Positions 1-15,385 of a stretch of 64,000 nucleotides of DNA are shown here, one piece after another (position 1 is the stretch's first letter; every line of letters starts with the position of its first letter). Under the pieces are notes generated by a model. The model ran no database searches. It was given only the letters and a program-made list of their open reading frames with translations, and had not been told where the DNA came from. The position numbers were made by a program, and so were the translations under genes. Source of the stretch: Spironucleus salmonicida (Eukaryota); assembly GCF_000497125.1 (NCBI RefSeq), contig NC_090599.1:1550001-1614000 (forward strand), read 5' to 3'.

Positions 1-1
1 A

Positions 2-460
2 ACTACAATACCATGCAATTAGTTACATTCATATTTTATTGCTTATTATGCTTAAGAGATTACTCCTAGTATAAGCAAGGTAATTTTAGAGTTGAAATAT
101 GATCTTCTTAAGTAGATCTAACTTAACGACTGCCTATTACATATAAATCAGCTTTCTTAAAAATAAATCAAAGATTTCATCAAGCTATCAAGCACACAAT
201 TCAAAGTTTTCACAGAAGCCCCAAAATTCTTATAAATCTTTATTAAAAGTGCTATTTAGTGCATTCGTAATTTTTCGATTATTGATTTTTTAACTTCTGA
301 GAGGACTTTAGCTCAACAACATATATTTACAGAAAATAAAACCTACAGAGAAGAGTTTATCAGTCTAGTTTATGGATTAATTGAACAGATAGAAGTGGGA
401 GAGGAAGAATTTTGCATGGAAGAGGAAGATATGTGTTTTGCCATAGCCAACGAGATATGA
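2..460 (+). CDS. Hypothetical protein, 5'-truncated by the window edge
   Basis: Frame +2 is open under TAR=Gln from the window start to TGA 458-460 (...EEEFCMEEEDMCFAIANEI*). Confidence 0.6.
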
Positions 461-492
461 TTAAATTAATTATTTTCTTTTTCCGTTCCTTA

Positions 493-1047
493 ATGGGCAA
501 AGCTGAAAATAAAGCGAGGCTTCTTCAATTTTTAGAGACCGAAACCGGTCTTACATCTGTCGAAATGTGCAAAGAAGTAGAAAACAGCAGCCTCCTTGAC
601 CTTGCATCACAAAAACTCAGCATGGACGCGAAGGTTGTAGAATTCTCTTTTAAAGTTATCCAGGACAACCTATACACTGAAACAATGAGATTAGAATATC
701 TTAATATGCGATTTTCTATTATTAATTACCTTTTCGGAAAGGGTGTACTATAAAACACCTGGAATTTATAGGCAGAAGCGCTGAAGGAGCTTATTTCCAA
801 AATATAAGAAACTTACAATTAGTTTCCAACATTTTTGGTATCATAAAGGGTGAGTTCTGTTGTCAAGTAACTTAATAATACTTCACAGAAGCGGAGTCTT
901 ATGGGTATCGTACTTAACGAATTTGGTGTAATTTCTAATTTCTAAGATCTCAATGTAAAGGAGTATTAGCAGAAATTAGGTGGTATATTAGATAAAGTTA
1001 GGAAAATGGAAGGAGATGGGGTTAAATCTAAGAAAAAAAATAAATGA
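493..1047 (+). CDS. Hypothetical protein (184 aa)
   Basis: ATG 493 follows a C-rich TTCCGTTCC stretch. MGKAENKARLLQFLE...GVKSKKKNK*. TGA 1045-1047 is followed directly by GTGA, forming AGTGA. Confidence 0.7.
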
Positions 1048-1061
1048 GTGAAAAAAAGATT

Positions 1062-4000
1062 TCATATATCGGATGCATCAGAATAAATCGGTGGCAGATT
1101 ATAGAGATCGCAAGTGCGTAATTTTTTAAGAACAAATCGAGAAAACTTTCCTCTATTGTATAATGTCACTAGAGATATCCATGAAAAAATAACTATAACT
1201 ATAAAAATTAACGAAATAAAAAATGAGATCTAGCTTAAATTGCCAATTTGATCCTAAATTTCTAGTTTATTGGTCTACACACAACCTAGTAAATTCTTAA
1301 TGGAGTAATCCATTTAAAGAGTCTATTAAAATTTCAACTGGATCGATAAGTCTTTAAATTCTGTGCCTTGTGTAACAAAAAGATTAAAAATAGACATAAC
1401 TTAAACAGTTATATTTTTACCCTAATATGGCAAATCAGATAAATAATCAAAATATGCAATTTGGCTTACATTTAATTTCTAATCTACATATACCTAAGGA
1501 ATAATCATTTCTTGGTTTTAAAATATGTTAAGGATAAAATTTGGAGAAAAGAATAAACTACCTGCTGAAAATAATGATAAATGATCAGTAATTAATTAAG
1601 GATTATTTCTTATACTTTTAGCACTTATAGTATTCTATATATTAGGATAAGGTTATAATGGTGTCAATAGATGAGTAATCGACGTTTGTATAAGTTCTAT
1701 AAGTATGTCATAATTATATCCAGCATATGCACATTGTGGGGAATTAATCAAATCACAACCCACTAGACCTTATAGTTTTGCTATATTATTTTATGTTTGT
1801 GAAATAACTTTTTATGTAATTAATAATTAATTTTACTATACTGCATATTTATATAAAGCCAGTGTCACCATTAACTATAATAATGTAAATACAACTGTCA
1901 ATGTTGTAAAAATTGAATGAATATAAGAAAATTTAGAAAATTTATATAGTTGCCTTATAGAAAAATTATCATCGCATTGTATATTATTTCTTTTCATAAT
2001 CATATCAAAAATAAAATTGTTTAATTTGTTAATAAGGCAAATCGAGAAAAGTATTATGAATAACCCAGACAAACCAAAGTATAATGGTGCGAGTATCTAA
2101 AATCTATTATCCATTTGTGAACGATTATATTATAGCATTATAGAAACTTGCTATTTAATTTAGTAATTATTGAGGTAAATATCATATAGAATATTACTAT
2201 TTTCATATGCAAATGATAATTAAAGTAACTATTGGGGTAAATTGGTAGTATTAAACCAATTGTACCCTGTCCATTATACATGTCCATCAAAAAACCCAAT
2301 GGAAGGTAGTATTGTATTATCAGCTGGTATGGTGTTAAGATAAAAACTATCTATATCCTTTTAATTGAACTCCATAATTTGTCTTATAAATGCTGCTTCA
2401 GGTTATTGTAGGATTGTTTAGAATTGTTGAAGATATTTATCAGGATCCGTCTATTAAAATAACTTTATTAAAAACCCTATTTACTTGTTTATAGAACCAA
2501 TAAAGAGTTACAATGAATCTGCTAATAATAAAGTAAATTTCAAAGGACAGTCATCCAACTTCTCAATATCTATTGGAAAAGTATCATTTAAACTATTTAT
2601 CTACAATAAGCTACCAAGAGCTAAATATAAATGCTTTTCTAATTAAAACTGCTCAGGTATCAACTCGTCTGTGATTCTTGGAAATCTTTCGTTTCTTCCT
2701 ATATTAATCATACTATGGTATTTTACTGTAAGAGAAATTAGATCAATAATATCTTCATAATAGTTTATATCAACCCCTTTGTATACTTGATAAATAATTC
2801 TGCTAGCACTAATATGGTCTTAATTTATTACACCTTGTATTTTAAATAATTACATTGACGACTATACCATTAAATATTCATCGTTTCTAGCTTATAATGA
2901 TAAAATTTGGCTTAAAGTTAAAGCAAATTAAATAAATAACACTAAAAAAACCTCGTTTTTCAATCCAAAAGTAATGGTGAATAAAATAATTAAAACATAT
3001 TACGTAACATTTATGACAATGATTATTAGCTAAAAATGGAAAGTAATATCACCAGATAATAAATTAGCCTAACTCTCATCATTTGATAATTATTTCATTA
3101 ATTATTATGACGGCATACCAGGTAAATATGATGATATATAGTTTACAACATATTTTGTCTTTTTATAGAAATCATCACGATGCGATGTTGTATATGCAGG
3201 ATGATTAACATTTATATAAGGCCATATATATAAACTGTCCTGCTAATTAAACCCTAATCTATATTAATAATAATTTTTAATTAAGTATTTTGTAATGAAT
3301 ATGTTTTAAAGCTTGTCTATATAATGATACTATTACTAGAACTCTAGTTCTTTAAAAAGATAGGTAGTAATATTCTAAATATATTCTAATATATCTTCAG
3401 TAAAACATCCAAAAAATAATTCCTCTAAAATTGCATGTATATCTTAAGGAGATTTTAATAAATCCTCTTAATTATTTGTAACATTAGGTAACATGCAATT
3501 TTCTTATTTTTTAATAGATTAAACTATGTTTTTAATATTGTTTACGTCAAATTTTAAATCAAGTGCGGGATCTTTTGTATATAAAAACATCCCATATTAC
3601 ATTAAACTCCGCATAGACTGAGTAAAAGATAATAAATCTTATATATTCCTTGCAATTTGTTAAGTAACTGATCCTAAAATTTATTAGTAGTTAGAAATTT
3701 TATTAACAATATCATCAATATTATTTGAATTTAGTCTATCTTTAAATTTAGTTAAAATAAGCTCTTATTATTAAGAATTATTCACAATCAGTTATGAATT
3801 AATAAAATATGATCTAGCTAACTATAATAAAATAATCTCCTAATTTGTATTCTAAATCTCATCTCTAAGTCTCATAAACTGAATATTTGTATCTTCTTAT
3901 ATAATTTCATGACTGGCAAATTCCACTGAAATAATAATGTTAATTATAATTAATACAAATATACAAAATAATATTAAGAACTGATATAAATTATTAAGTA

Positions 4001-7000
4001 TACTACTATCGAATTATCTTTTCTTATAAGGTAAACAGGACTTTCGTTTTATCTTTTATTACGTTATAACTTCTTCTGACAGAATATTATAATCTTATGT
4101 TTATAGCATAATATGAGATTTTAATAAATCTTATAACGTTTATTCGGTGAGAATTTCTGAATCAAAATAATTGCCACTGATAACAACATCTAAATACTAA
4201 CTGATACTAGAAAGTCCATAGATTTCGTAATATCTTTTCCTTATCTTAGAAAATGACTAATAATGCTAACTGATATTAATTTTTGCTTATTAAAACAAGT
4301 TTTAAAATAATGAGGCAGAAATGAGGAAGTCTCTTCTTATCAATAAAACAAGAACTGAATTAAGTGAAAAAACAATTAAGGGAATTATTGATCCAAAAAT
4401 AACTATTTTAAAGATAAACTTGAATATAAATAATGTATGCTCTTATATTAAGATTAAATTTGAAGTAATAGGAAAACAATAACTAATAAAATCTATGTAC
4501 GCTTGATCTGATGTATTAACGAAATCTTTCGAAATATCTTCTGATAATAATACAGCTTTAAGTAAAAAATGACTAGTCTATTATGTTGGATAATTTTGAA
4601 TATCTTTTTGATAGATAATAGATGGTTTGAGGTTATTAAGATTATCATGCAAAGTAGATTAAATATTATTTGATAATACACGTAATCTAATAAGTAGTCT
4701 TTAAAACTGATAATTAATATGTTATCCTGATTTTAAAACTTCCATAATTTTTATAAAAATTTAATTTTATAGTTATTAATGTAAATATTAACTAAGAATA
4801 TCGGAATAGGACTCAATCTATTAAAATACACTAACTTAGTCCATAATTGAGCCAGTGATTACTCCTATTAAAACAAGTGAAAATATTATCAATAATAAAA
4901 TGAATATATTAATATTAAATATTTTAATCTATTTATTTCCTAGTTAAAAATGGTTTAAATCGCTTTGAAGCTTACATTTTTCGTCTGGTCCATATGTTAT
5001 ATTTTCCTACAATGTACTTCCTTTTTAAATTTATCCAATAGAAACTGGATTGGTATTTTATTCAAAGGTTCTTTCTTAAACTTAATTTACTTGATGAGTT
5101 ATAACAATTTAGGGCTCTTGGTTGAATCGTTTTTTCATCACAAAGTAATTTGGCTAGTAATGATTTATTATCTTATAACTTTAGTCACCTTCAACAACTA
5201 AAGCAGCTTGTCCATCCTAAAATCTAGCTCTAAACAATTGGTATTTATGATATAAAGAATGATTTAGTGTGGATAAATGAAAGTATCTATTTGCTGCACA
5301 CTAAAAAACATCATATAAAAATAACCCAGATGATAACTATTTAGCACTGGCAATATTTTTGTTAAATTATAAAAATGAATCTTTTAATTAAAATATGTGA
5401 TTCAAGATTTCAATCTATGAAAGATTTTGGTCGTACAACCAAAATTATGCAAACTGTTTATCTAACTCATCCCACTAAGACAAGAGTCGTTGAATATTAC
5501 CCGTTTAATTAGCACTAACAACTTACATATTGATTCTAGATTCCAACTTTATATACTTTAAAGTTCTTTATTACTTCTTTTTTACCTCACGCATTACTTC
5601 TTATAAATGAGTGCTTTAACCTAATATTTTCTCTATTATGTTTTAGTATATGAATTAATATTAATTGAATTTTTTTGTTTTCTCATCTTTAGTCTAATCA
5701 TCATCTACTTCAAATTATAAATTAAATTAATCTTAAGCCTCTTGAATATTATTTAAGCAGTACCGAAGTGTAATAATATAGTTCAATTTTATAAACTAGC
5801 TATTTGAGAATTTAGCCTCAGCTATAAATGCTAATTGTTTGATATATGGGATCTAAATCTATTATTATCTAAAAATATTCTAGATATGTAGGCCTTCAAA
5901 ATAACTATCAGCATAAAAATTAGTGTACTCATCAACTATATATTTTGATACAATACAAAAATCTAATGGTGTTATAAATCTAACTTTAAGATTTACTTTA
6001 TCTCCATTTTTACTTCGTTACTAAATTTGTTTAATAAAATTCTAAGCAGTTATAAACCCTGCTAAATCATTTTAATCTTAGTTAACAAATTATAAGCCGT
6101 AAATATTTTAAAATTTGTATGGAATTTCAATCTAAAATTTAAAGATTTTGGCTGAAAAAACTTCTAGCTTATATAAGAAGCTCGACCCTAAAAATGAAGA
6201 AACAGCACCCCATATTAAATTAAAAATAAACTTAAAACCACTCTCTACGAACTATACAAATAAAATCCACAAATTAGGAATATAACAAAAATCTATATCA
6301 AAAGTTTAATCTGCAGCTTTATTATGAGCTCTTCTTCTTTATGCAACTAACCATGTTAATGCTGAATCAATTAAATACGAAATCCTAGTATGTGTAGCAA
6401 TAAAGAATAGAAAAAATAATATTGTTTAGATAAATCCATTACTAATACAAGTACCAGCTTCAATTCCTGACCATAATGAATTCAAAATTTAGTCATTAAT
6501 AACTGGCACAAAAAATAAAAAGATTGCACACAACAGTTTTGTTATCAGATAAACAAGTGAATAAATAGATTTTTATGAATGAAAAGCACAAAGAGACTAA
6601 ACAAAGTGCAGAAAAAGAATAAACAACCAACAACCACCAGAATTAAGTTGAGTTGATTTAGGAGAAAAATCATCTTACGTGACAGTAATTGCAAAAATAA
6701 TTATGGTTATAACAAATATTATAAACATTAGTATGTAAAATATCATTAATACAATATTAGCTAATTAATCTAGGCAAAAATATTATACCCATGCACACTT
6801 TCCATATAGAATTGTAAAAGGCAATGATATATTTAATATTGGTTATATCCCTAATAAAGAGATGATAAAGAGATAACTATATAAGTGTGATGTTGTCTTT
6901 GGCGAAAACCATTTTTAGAATATTGAAAAGCATGATAATATAGCTGATACATTGATAAACAATAATACAATTGATCCTAAGAACTAAAACACTAAAGTGG

Positions 7001-7289
7001 CATCGGCTGATGATTATGGTTTAATAAAACTAAATAAAACATAATCTCTAATTTTCATTTAATATGATGATGTCAAAGTATATAATTATGATAAATTAAC
7101 AAAAATTATTAGAAAAATAAACATAAGTCTCGGTATCTAGATAGCTGGAGCTAATAAAAATGAATTAGATAGCATTACTAAAGTGGAAAATGCGTAGTTA
7201 ACTTATAATATATAATTTTAGTATTCAATAAATATAAATTAAATATCTTATACTGACTTTGCTATACGCAACAACTCAACTATTTGCAT
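1062..7289 (-). CDS. Very large multi-pass membrane protein (~2075 aa), TmcB/TmcC-like layout
   Basis: One minus frame from MQIVELLRIAK (7289) to ...PPIYSDASDI* (1062). The 5' part was read codon by codon and the 3' half spot-checked. N-terminal cluster of TM helices, then a helical region (QFWLYDQN...KYQLFRARF), then further TM pairs. No cyclase motif seen. Start codon uncertain. Confidence 0.65.
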
Positions 7290-7597
7290 AGAAAAAAATG
7301 TATAATATCAATATACACAGTTATAATTAAAAACTTTAATTTAATTATTGCTATCTCCTCATCCATTTACTTAATTAATCACTATAATAATTTTATACAT
7401 AAAATAATTATATAATTATAAGATTATTTTAAAGAAATTTTGCTGATAGTAGGCTTATTATGGGTAAGCAAAAAAGATAATAATTAGTAAATATAATAAT
7501 TCTGTCCTGAATAATTGATTTCTAAAAGTTTAAAGAAGTCCAGTATTAAATTAATAATTATATAAATTATATATATGTCATATAATTAACTTATATA

Positions 7598-7930
7598 ATG
7601 ATCTAGTTTAATCGATATTCCGATTGTTAAATATTATGCAGAATTGGTAGTTGCGAAAATTTGAATTATTTTTTCTAATGTGAGTAGTTAAAAGAACGAT
7701 ACAGAATTGATAGAGTCTAAAATATTTGTTTAAACTAATTTCCAGTTGTTTATCTTAATATAACATAGTTTGTCACAGCTAAAGATTGCTTACCTGTTGA
7801 TAACTTTGATAAAACTTACCTGTTTTATAGTTTATGTTATATTTTCTGCATTTCAGGGATAATGTTTGCTATGTTCCATTTACGCAAGAAATCTTATTTT
7901 TACTAATAAGAAGGTGAAACATAAAAATGA
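7598..7930 (+). CDS. Small Cys-containing protein with a C-terminal TM segment (110 aa)
   Basis: MIQFNRYSDCQILCRIGSC...YLFYSLCYIFCISGIMFAMFHLRKK...ETQK*. Preceded by TTATATA-type elements. Confidence 0.4.
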
Positions 7931-7968
7931 TATTATTATATTGCTATAAAATAATTTTTTTATTTGAA

Positions 7969-9120
<1,152 letters not shown>

Positions 9121-9191
9121 TTAAAAAATTAAAAATTATACCAAATTATGAATATTATATTTATTAAATAATTATAATCTATACTAACCAA

Positions 9192-10727
9192 ATGCCGTGC
9201 TTCTAAAAGAAATCAAAATATCAACAGTTATTTTTATAAATCTTTTAGAAGGAGTAAAACATATTAACAATTAGGTTTCGAAATCTAAATCGTCTTATAG
9301 ATTATGCTACTTATAATCCTGATTAAACTTAAAATATATGTATTCTTTTTTAAGATAAACTACTGAAGGCAGATAAGAAACTTTAATCTCAAAAAATAAA
9401 AACTATCTCATAAGGATTAAAGATCTTTCTTACTTCTATACCGGTAGTGAATATAGGAGCAAAAAAAGAGCTTGTATTACTTTTTGTCAATATGTCAGAG
9501 TTAACCTAATCTACTGAGGTAGTTTCTTATATTTCTAAGTTATTTCTACCATAATAAGAGTCAAAGATACTTTTGTAACGAATTATTTCTGACTTACAAA
9601 AATTTGGATCCTCTTCAGAAGATTTTAAGCTTAGAGCGGAATTATATGATATTTGTTACAATATTTAATAAAATTTAGCTGTTGATGAAATAGCTTATTA
9701 CTTATTTACTGAAATTGTTTTATATGCTTCTTAAATCATACAACATTAAGTATGTGAATAGATGATTGTTCCTATTCTGGAAAAGTATTTTAATTTTTAT
9801 TAATAAAATTGTTCATATAATATAGTTTCCTTTTTCCCAGTTATTTTAGAAAAATTTATTATAATTTCTAGTTAGCTACCAGACTGGAATATAAATTTTA
9901 TATAAGTTGTTCATAAAGTCCAATAATAAATTAATGAGAATCACAAGCTTGATATAAAAATTGATTAATAAGCGTATGATATGGCATTAAATATATACTA
10001 TAGGCTAGTTAATAAGTTGCATTAGTCTTCTTTTATATGGCTATATAAAACTGCATTAGATCTTACAATAATTGATGATATATTATACTAAACAATTTTA
10101 GAAAAATTTAGAATTTCCAATTTAGTTACATAATTTGAACTTCTAAAGCGAATGCCGGAAGATTTTATTAATTAAAAACGAACAAAGAATTTATAAAAAT
10201 TATTATATGAAATTTTAACATCAAAAAATTCAATCGAACTAGTTATATCTTTTATTTAGCGGTGTTTTATAGTTGATACAAAAAATTAATTGCAAGAATT
10301 ATTGGTAAACGCCATTTAAATGTCTCTTAATTCGTATTAATTACCAAAAAGATAAACAAGACTTTATAATGCAGTTTTAGCTTTTTCTAGCTATATAGAT
10401 TTTTCGTTGAGTTATTAACAATTCTTTGAAGAAATTTCCAGCTAACGTGGTAGCGATTGGAACCTATTATATAATCATTATTTTGATTTGCTACCTGAAA
10501 ATCACCTAGACAGCCTACTTTTTTATATTAAATTATTCCCTATCTTCGGATACTAGAAATAGGATAAAATTTGCTCATAGATTTGTAAACTAACGTCATC
10601 AAATGAAACCAATCTTCTAGGCAACCTTGAAATCTGTTGGGGTGATGTTAAATCTTAAATTATAACGAATTATAATAAATCTAAATAATAGAATTGGTGG
10701 GAAATACTTTTGGATAATTTTAAGTGA
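9192..10727 (+). CDS. EFR3-like helical-repeat protein (putative plasma-membrane scaffold for PI4K)
   Basis: N-terminus MPCFQKKSKYQQLFLQIF...NLNRLIDYATYNPDQTQNICILFQDKL resembles the EFR3 N-terminus (Cys, then RYKRLVDNIFP...KLTFYA..PEKL). 511 aa, ends AAG-TGA. Confidence 0.6.
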
Positions 10728-10757
10728 ATATTATATAATAATTTATTGTCAATAAAA

Positions 10758-11705
10758 ATGCAAAAAATTAATTTGATATTTGAGGAAACTACAAACTTTT
10801 CAATTAAAGTAAGCAATCAAAACTACGAACATAATTTTTAAAGTTAAGAACCTGCAAACTCCTATGAGTTCATATGGTACGTTAATTTGAATACTTTTAA
10901 GATTAATTTACAAGACCAAAGCGGATTACCTTTAAATTTTACCTAAACAACTTAAACTACGTATACAACAACTTCATTTTATGCATTTTCAGATCAACCT
11001 TTTATGTTATCTAATATTAAAGGTACAAAATTTGAAATCTATGCTAATGATCCAAAAATTTAAGTTAAAACGTATGAAATCACATATAATGGTATCGGAA
11101 CTGCCGTAGGTGAAGTAGAACAACAATAATTCATCATTTCTAGATGTGACCCTATGCCGTATAATAACATCAAAACACTTACATTTTCTAACGTAGAAAT
11201 ATCAGAAATATTTGACTTAAGAATCGTATAATAATCAATAAATGTAAAGCTCAATCCAGCTCACTCAGTCCCTATTTTCAACACTCATACACTCTTCCTA
11301 ACGCCTGCAAAACGGTCCCAAATCTTCACATTTCTTCCCAATAACGTAAGTTCTAAAATTGACAATTTTGAAAATCTTGTGCCATCAAATCAATTGTTTT
11401 CGCTCAACCAACTAAATTTACTTCACTAGAAACTCCTCCAAAAGCATCAAATTGCTCTAGAAATAGCGAATTCGCGCGCTGCTGCGATCGCAAATTCTGC
11501 TATTTCAGCGCAAAAATTTACCTCAAAAATGACGCAGGAGCTCGAAAACCTACCAAATTCAGACCTTTCACGGGTCATAATCGAGCTATTTGGGGCATTG
11601 CGCTACGGCAAACCTGGTGATCTCGCCAAGAATCGAGCATTTCTGCGAGAGCAGGAAACCCTCATTTAGACCTTAGAACGCGTCATCTCGACCCTCTCAG
11701 TCTGA
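10758..11705 (+). CDS. Hypothetical protein (315 aa)
   Basis: MQKINLIFEETTNF...TLERVISTLSV*. Beta-rich N-terminal half and helical C-terminal half. Confidence 0.7.
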
Positions 11706-12041
11706 ATGCTCCGATTCTGAGCTGAAGATAATTGCCCGTTTGTGCTCTTGCGGCTTGAAAGTCGCCTTTTTGACGAAAATTTTGGTCTGCTTGTTGTTCA
11801 AGAGCTGGATTTTGGTCAAAATTTGCTAGCTTTCTGTACTGAAATTCTCTTTTGTAGGGCGGATTGCAGGGAGGTGGCAGAGTGCGTGGGTGGGGTTTAG
11901 TGGTCGAATCGAACAGTTTTCGGGGTTTGGAGGGCCGAAAAGACTGGAGTTTTGGAGGTAGTTTGAGAGCGGTTTTTGGGGTAGCGGGTAAAAATTTTCA
12001 TGCTGGATTAGCGAATTCAGGTATGGTGTGAGATCTTTCAT
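11697..12041 (-). CDS. Hypothetical protein (114 aa)
   Basis: MKDLTPYLNSL...IIFSSESEHSD*. Extends the supplied ORF through a TAG. CCTCTCAAAA lies before the ATG. Confidence 0.6.
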
Positions 12042-12586
12042 TTTTGAGAGGGTTGTGATATTTATTTGAGATATAAGCTAATTGTAATTTTGCTACGATT
12101 TAAATGATTATTAAAGCAATAATATATTATTATATATCATATATCAATTTTGGTGAAATGATTTTTAGTTAATAGTTTTTACAGTTTAGTGAATAATACA
12201 AACTTACAATTCTGGTATTTCAAGTAACAAAAAGAGTCATATTTTATTGGTTAGTAACAGTAAATATAATGATTTTGCCTATAAAATAATGCAATTATCG
12301 ATTTCAAAGATACATTATAGCTTTTTTAATAAAATATATTCTAAATATATTTATTAGCAATTTGCCTGGTACGAATCTGTGCAGTAATTTGTATTATCAT
12401 TGATAATATAATTAATTTAACATCTCTAATATTCACTTTACTAGTGAATTTTTAATAAACTATGAGAATAATTAAATAATTATATGCTACGATTAAAGAT
12501 TTGTGAATAAAAAGTTTCAAATGGTATAATTGTATGATAATCTAATTTAGCATATAAATTTATTCTATACATATTAAACCCCCTCA

Positions 12587-13291
12587 TCAATCACTATCAC
12601 AGTCTTCAACCTCTGGGAATTTTTCCTAAACCTTTCTTAATTCGGTTAATCCATCCTTCTTAAACGAGCCCTATTAGTTAATAACGACTACTTCAATTCC
12701 CTTCAATTCTTCACCAAAAGCTTTTTAAAGACCTCTAACTGCGATTTCCACTAGTTTTTCCTCTGTGGCATGGACGTCGTAATTCTTAACCAAAAAAGCG
12801 TTTGCTGCTTGAGCATTTCTTCCAATTGCATAAGCCTTGAACTTCCTATACTCAGCAGATGGATCGGTGTAAAAAATAAATGCTTCTTCTTCAATACCAG
12901 CAAAGAGCAACCCAGCACCATGGGGCCTTGATGACGAAATTTACGTACGCTACTATGCTTAAGAAGCCATATCCTACACAAGATTCAAAATTGGTAATTT
13001 TGTGTTGTACTAGAGTACATACTCATCGGAAAGGTCACGTGCAGTCTATACATCCTTCTTAGCATCTGAATATATTCCAGAGACAGCTACATAGATATTC
13101 TATTAGATTTCAAATATTTTTGGTTGAGGAATCGCAAGTTTCGAAATTGAAGAAGTTGCCGCAGCTAAAACAACAGTCTAACCAACTGCAATGGCAACTA
13201 TTGGCGAACCCTATTTTGGAGCCTCTTATGCATACAAAACTTAGTAGACTTTACCAGTTGAATCATAGGTTGAGACATCAGAGTCGTACAT
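12587..13291 (-). CDS. 20S proteasome alpha subunit (alpha6/PSMA1-like)
   Basis: MYDSDVSTYDSTGKVYQVLYAQEAPKQGS, SGIYSDA, RPHGAGLLFAG, YTDPSA, AYAIGRNAQAA. Confidence 0.92.
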
Positions 13292-13405
13292 TTTAGAGGA
13301 TTATGAGATAGTAATTATAATATATAATAAAATTATTATATAGTTAAAATATTAAGCGATTCCAATTTACATAATTATATATAGGAAACAACCGTAAATA
13401 GTTAA

Positions 13406-15091
13406 ATGGATGACATACCTACTATGTGGGAAACTCGAAATCTAAGAATTTTATATGAAAAATCAAATGAAGATGATGAATAATCTTAAGGAAAAATTGT
13501 TTAATCTAACACATCTTACTATAGGCTTGGTCGGTTAATGGGAAAAGGCGCATATGCAAAAGTTTTCTCATGTGTAGACATTAATAACGGATGCCTTTAT
13601 GCTGTTAAGGAATATTTCGGATTAACATCTGGATAAGAATCATAAGCATTATTACTCCTTAATACAATGCCGCATTTTGGCGTTCCTTAATTTAAAGAAT
13701 GTTTTGAATTTGAAGGGAAAAGTTATCTTATAATGTATCTGATTGCTGGATGTTCAGTAGAATCTGTTTTATAAAATTGTAAACTGAAAACGGAATATAT
13801 TCCAGTAGTTCCTGTCTAGTTAATGAAAACTATTTTACGATAATTACTTGTTACTTGTCGTTTCATTCACTTTCGAGGTGTGGCCCATCAAGATATTAAA
13901 ATTGATAATATCTATATCATGGATGGATCAAGACTTGTCCTATTAGACTTTGGATAAGCATTTATCATGTAAGAATAGAATTATCTAGATTAAGCTTAAC
14001 TCATCGGAAATCTTGCATTTATGCCTCCAGAAGTACTCATTAATACAAATATTATTGGTAGTTCATTTTAAGATGCTAATTAGATGAACATTACCTTTCA
14101 TGCTAAAGAGAAAATTTCGGCACTCATCAAAAATAATAAATCTATGAATAAATCAAATAATATATCGTTTAGTGATGAGGCCAAAATACCAAGATATCAT
14201 CATGTTTAAACTCTGTTTGATAAGAGTAGACACTCAATTTCAACAGAAGAATAATCCTAACCTACAAAAGTATGGATAAATGCACTCACTAGAATGTTTA
14301 AATTCGCAACACCTTCATATGATTTCGATAATCTAGAAATAGTTCTTAATGAAAATCGCTAGTTCATAGACAAATAGCTTACTTTTTCAGATAATTACCC
14401 TATATAAGAAGATATTAAAAATATTGAGATCACCACAATTTCAGAAAAACTTTCGCGAGAATAAATTCATATTTTTAATAAAAAGTTAGCCATTGATGCA
14501 TGGTAGGTGGGAATAAATGCTCTAATTTTACTCCTAGGAGAATATCCATTTAGGGGTCTTTAGCAATACGAAACTATACCTGCAATTCAAATTCTTTCTG
14601 CTAGTATTAAATAATAATTAGATGAAACTTTATAAAATATAGTCGGTATGAATTGCGATTTTACATTTTATGAAAACTAGATTAACTAAAATAAGAAAAC
14701 ATAATATCAAATTGCTCCTGGCCCATTGCCTTAAAATATCCCTTCTGATTTATTTTTACTAATAGCTGGGTTTTTATATCCAAATCCTCAAGTACGATTA
14801 ACTATAACAGAGGCATTAGGATGTCCTTTTATTGAGGCCTACCAAACATATAAAGAGGAATAAGGGAATTTAGGTATTGGAATGGAGCCATCAGAAAAAT
14901 TTGAGCCAATTTTAGCAAGTTTGAGTCGGATGGACAAAATAGTAGAGAGCTCTACTACTATTAATACAGCAAATAGTAATTTATCTTTTCCAGATGAAGA
15001 ACCTGTTATTTGCGGACATTAATCACGCCGTTTGGAGAATGAAATTCCCCCAATGGTTGAAGACAGCGGAACTGACTCAGATTCATTTTGA
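13406..15091 (+). CDS. Ser/Thr protein kinase with a large insert (561 aa)
   Basis: GKGAYAKV, YAVKE, HQDIKIDN, DFG, GNLAFMPPE, then a long insert, then IDAWQVG...YPF, and PNPQVRLT. Confidence 0.9.
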
Positions 15092-15385
15092 GTAGTGATG
15101 TATTTTTCTTTCGCTAAGACCAGTTCTAGCATTTCTATATAACAATATATAATTCTTAAAACTTTATTCACTTGAAGTATTTTTAAAGCACTAAAATATT
15201 TTACTCCAATAAGGCTTAATAATGTTGAGCTTTTTTCTATTAATTAGCTATATATGACTCATAAACACACTAAATTAATATAGCATTTATTTAAATTATT
15301 TTAAATACCTATTGCTCTATATTCATTTTGACTATAATCTATTATATTATAAATAAATATTTAAATATTTTTCCACTTTACAAAC

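Noticed and set aside
7290-7366. Possible N-terminal extension of the large membrane protein via a frameshift in the A7 run (7292-7298) or a small intron
   Set aside because: No splice signals recognised, and an in-frame ATG exists at 7289. Cannot be resolved without reads.
4950-7400. Long open frames on the + strand (e.g. supplied ORF 4965-5201 and a frame through 6781-7300)
   Set aside because: They are antisense shadows of the large minus-strand membrane-protein gene.
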